Below, one piece after another: positions 61,165 to 64,000 of a DNA stretch of 64,000 nt. The position numbers were made by a program, and so were the translations under genes. The notes beneath the pieces are model-generated. The model did no database searches and had not been told where the DNA came from. It worked only from the letters and a program-made list of their open reading frames with translations. Origin of the DNA: an uncultured Eggerthella sp. Lineage in GTDB: Bacteria > Actinomycetota > Coriobacteriia > Coriobacteriales > Eggerthellaceae. Position 1 is the stretch's first letter. Every line of letters begins with the position of its first letter. Where the stretch lies: contig URVA01000001.1 of NCBI GenBank assembly GCA_900551155.1, positions 7,598 to 71,597 on the forward strand. Reading direction: 5' to 3'.

Positions 61165-62247
61165 CTATTTCATAGCAGGAAACGCCATAGTGAATACTGC
61201 GCCGCCTTCAGGGGCATTAAACGCTGTCACAGTGCCGTCGAAGTCTTCCACGATTTCTTTTACGATAGCTAAGCCAATTCCTGCACCGCCGCTGTTGCGT
61301 GCGCGTGATAAATCGCCGCGATAAAAGCGCTTAAACAGCAAAACAGGGTCAATATCGCCGATGCCGCAACCATCGTCTTTAACTGCTACGACAGAGGTGT
61401 CGTTGATGCCTGAAAGCATGATGCGCACATGTCCACCAACTTCTACATGGCGAATAGCGTTGTCTACCAAATTGATTAATGCCTGCTTTAGACGATCATC
61501 ATTAGCCAAGATATCGGGTGCAGCACCTTCAACAGTCAAAGTAACCTCTTTGTCTTGAGCGATAGGCTCTAGAGTGTCTACGACATCTTTTGCTACATCT
61601 TCAATGTTTAAACGTCGCAAGGTATAAGCGGGTGCACCTTCTTTTGCGTGCTGTAGGGCAAGCAAACCGTTGGTGAGCTTCTTCAGGCGATCGGCTTCAT
61701 TAAGAATAATTTCGCAGAAATGTTCACGAGTTGACTGCGGCATATCGGGATCAAGCATAAGCTCTGCATTGCCGCTAATTGCCGTAAGGGGAGTACGGAA
61801 TTCATGAGCAACATCACTGATGAAAGTGTCTTGTCGTTCGTTGAGGGCTTTCAATTCGTCAACGCGGGCGTTGTATACGCGATTAAATTCTCCAATGCTT
61901 TCCGACAGCTCGTCAACTTCGCGCATAACGCCTGTTGGAGTAAAAGCGATGCTGGTATCTCCTGCTTTAGAAGACTGGATTTTACGTACTAGTTCCGTAA
62001 GGGGACGACTAATAAAATGCGCGATAAGCAAACTGATGAAATAGCAGACGCATCCAATAGGGATAAGCGTTAACAAGATAGTGCGGGGGCAGTCAAAAAT
62101 AAAAATTGCCCCGAGTGCCGTAAGCGCGCTTGCCAAAATAGCCAAAAGAGTAGCCAAAAACGAAATATGCGTGAAAAGGCGCATAGGTTTTTCTTCTTTT
62201 GGGGTATTTATGTAAGGCGGTTCGGTAGGTCGAGGCATAGTAGACAC
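61165..62247 (-). CDS. Sensor histidine kinase (HAMP-HisKA-HATPase)
   Basis: Two TM helices, HEFRTPL, NLVDNA, DDGCG, FYR, GAGIGL; start uncertain. Confidence 0.93.
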   Translation of the reverse strand: MSTMPRPTEPPYINTPKEEKPMRLFTHISFLATLLAILASALTALGAIFIFDCPRTILLTLIPIGCVCYFISLLIAHFISRPLTELVRKIQSSKAGDTSIAFTPTGVMREVDELSESIGEFNRVYNARVDELKALNERQDTFISDVAHEFRTPLTAISGNAELMLDPDMPQSTREHFCEIILNEADRLKKLTNGLLALQHAKEGAPAYTLRRLNIEDVAKDVVDTLEPIAQDKEVTLTVEGAAPDILANDDRLKQALINLVDNAIRHVEVGGHVRIMLSGINDTSVVAVKDDGCGIGDIDPVLLFKRFYRGDLSRARNSGGAGIGLAIVKEIVEDFDGTVTAFNAPEGGAVFTMAFPAMK

Positions 62248-62261
62248 TTCTTTTGTTTACG

Positions 62262-62954
62262 TTATTTCTTGAAGCGATATCCATAACCGCGAACGGTTTC
62301 GACAAGTTTTGGATCATATCCTGCTGCTTCAATTTTATCGCGCAAACGCTTGATGTGGGTATCTACCGTTTTCGTTTCGGTAATAAATTCCCAGTTCCAG
62401 GCGTCGTGAAGCAAATCTTCGCGAGAAACAACCTTTCCAGCATTGCGCATAAGGCAAGCAAGCAGTTCGAATTCGCGTGGAGTTAAATCGATAGGACCCT
62501 TGTCGCCTTCGGCTACGTGCGTATCTTCGTTAAGCGTAATGCCGCCAGCAGAAATTTCGTTAGCAGAAATCATGTCGTTGCCCTGAGTGCGACGAAGAAG
62601 TGCTCGGGTGCGGGCGAGCAATTCACGAACACCGAAGGGTTTTGCCAGGTAGTCGTCTGCGCCAAGTTCAAGACCAACAACTTTGTTCAATTCGGTATCG
62701 CGTGCAGAAAGGAACAAAATGGGAGTAGACATTTTTGCACGAATGCGACGGCATAATTCATAGCCATCAATGCCAGGCAGCATAATGTCAAGAATGAATA
62801 AATCAAAATGCTGCTGTTCAATTTTGCGCAGCGCCTCTTCGCCGTCAGAGGCTATTTCGGTAAGATAGCCTTCCTTTTGCATGGCGTAGCTTACAAATTC
62901 TGTGATTGATGGTTCGTCATCAACAATCAAAATACGTGCAGGTGTGTTTTCCAT
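62262..62954 (-). CDS. OmpR/PhoB family response regulator
   Basis: VDDE, LDIMLP, KPF, VDTHIKRLR, TVRGYGY. Confidence 0.95.
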   Translation of the reverse strand: MENTPARILIVDDEPSITEFVSYAMQKEGYLTEIASDGEEALRKIEQQHFDLFILDIMLPGIDGYELCRRIRAKMSTPILFLSARDTELNKVVGLELGADDYLAKPFGVRELLARTRALLRRTQGNDMISANEISAGGITLNEDTHVAEGDKGPIDLTPREFELLACLMRNAGKVVSREDLLHDAWNWEFITETKTVDTHIKRLRDKIEAAGYDPKLVETVRGYGYRFKK

Positions 62955-63072
62955 ACGATCACCCTCCAGCTAGTATCCTTAAACGCTTCATATATAAAGC
63001 TCGTACTGTCTCTGTTCAATAGTATGGTAGCATTCGCAAGTAGTGCATACTATGAAAGGGACTGTCAGAAAC

Positions 63073-63843
63073 ATGTTACTTGCAATTGACGTGGGGAACA
63101 CTCAAACCGTACTTGGCATTTATGACAATGACGAGTTGGTTCATATGTGGCGTGTTGCTACCAATGTCGATCATACCAGTGATGAGCTTCGCATTAAGCT
63201 TCATACGCTTATGGTGGCAGAAGGTCTTGAGTATTCTCATATTGATGGAGCCATTTTGGCTTCAGTTGTACCTGCTCTTACCCATAACTGGGAAAAAGCA
63301 TGTTGCCGTTCGTTTGGCGTTGAAACCTTGGTCGTTTCAGCGGCAAGTTCGGGACATTTAATCAATGTTGACTTAGAGAAATTCCCTGAGTTGGGCGCCG
63401 ATCGTGTAGCTGATGCGGTGGCTGCGAAAAATCTCTACGGCGATCCTGTTATCGTGGTGGACTTCGGAACTGCTACTAACATGGAGATAATCGGCAAAGG
63501 CGGCACGTTCTTAGGTGGCATTATTGCGCCAGGCGTTGAATCTTCTATGCGCTCGCTTTTCACGCGTGCTGCTCTTCTTCGTTCTGTTGAATTGGAGGAT
63601 CCTGGTACGGCAATTGGCAGCAGTACCGCAGAATGTCTGAAAGTAGGCATGGTGTATGGCGAAGCTGCTCGCGTAGATGGATTAGTGGATCGCGTCTTTG
63701 ACCAGTTGGGTTATGAGGCAACGGTTGTTGCAACAGGCGGACTTGCTCACCGCATTGCTCCTCATTCGAGACGAATTACCGAAATAAATCTCGAATTGAC
63801 CTTACAGGGATTACGCATGATCTATAACGAGCTTTCGCGTTAA
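63073..63843 (+). CDS. coaX: Type III pantothenate kinase
   Basis: IDVGNT, GADR, VDFGTA, GGIIAPG, ATGG. Confidence 0.95.
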   Translation: MLLAIDVGNTQTVLGIYDNDELVHMWRVATNVDHTSDELRIKLHTLMVAEGLEYSHIDGAILASVVPALTHNWEKACCRSFGVETLVVSAASSGHLINVDLEKFPELGADRVADAVAAKNLYGDPVIVVDFGTATNMEIIGKGGTFLGGIIAPGVESSMRSLFTRAALLRSVELEDPGTAIGSSTAECLKVGMVYGEAARVDGLVDRVFDQLGYEATVVATGGLAHRIAPHSRRITEINLELTLQGLRMIYNELSR

Positions 63844-63977
63844 AATTTTTCCAAGGCAGGACAAAACTGTGAACGGCGTAGTGCGTCTGCCATGGTGCGT
63901 AACTTTGGGAATACGAACATTGGCAGAAAAAGTACTGCGTGAATCAAATTGTGGGCGAAGGAAGGTAGGCTTACACA

Positions 63978-64000
63978 ATGCTGAGCGATATCGAAATTGC
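63978..64000 (+). CDS. fhs: Probable start of formate--tetrahydrofolate ligase (truncated by window end)
   Basis: ATG after GAAGG encodes MLSDIEI(A), the typical Fhs N-terminus; only 7 full codons visible. Confidence 0.6.

Overview
A mostly core-genome window, probably from a Coriobacteriia (Eggerthellaceae-like) gut anaerobe of moderate GC. This assignment is inferred from gene order and protein style, not from a search. It contains tsaC-like, rpiB, glyA, upp and a dCMP deaminase, then a complete H+-type F1Fo ATP synthase operon followed by a separately transcribed second epsilon gene. Next come an orphan Old Yellow Enzyme family Fe-S flavoenzyme, dnaE-truA, an NSS transporter, ychF, an Fe-S aldo/keto reductase, larB with a truncated larC, a membrane Ser/Thr kinase, pdxK and serS. 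An envelope/stress cluster follows: a standalone cyanophycin-synthetase N-domain, a degenerate Ddl-like ATP-grasp protein, and YtxH, PRC-barrel, VTT and TM2 proteins. The rest comprises a class I aldolase, a small AT-rich islet beside tRNA-Leu(CAA), ferritin, tilS-maf-hpt-ftsH-folP/folK fusion-birA, mntP, MATE, a frameshifted bioY, a two-component system, coaX and the first codons of fhs. No CRISPR array, transposase, integrase, prophage or defence system is visible. The best candidates for undescribed biology are: (1) the CphA N-domain metallopeptidase paired with a pseudo-Ddl; (2) larB plus mini-larC behind a four-way-junction leader RNA; (3) the alternative epsilon subunit; and (4) several large, sequence-unrelated branched RNA structures in intergenic regions. 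All base pairings were worked out by eye. Start codons were adjusted from the ORF track where an RBS or family N-terminus supported it.
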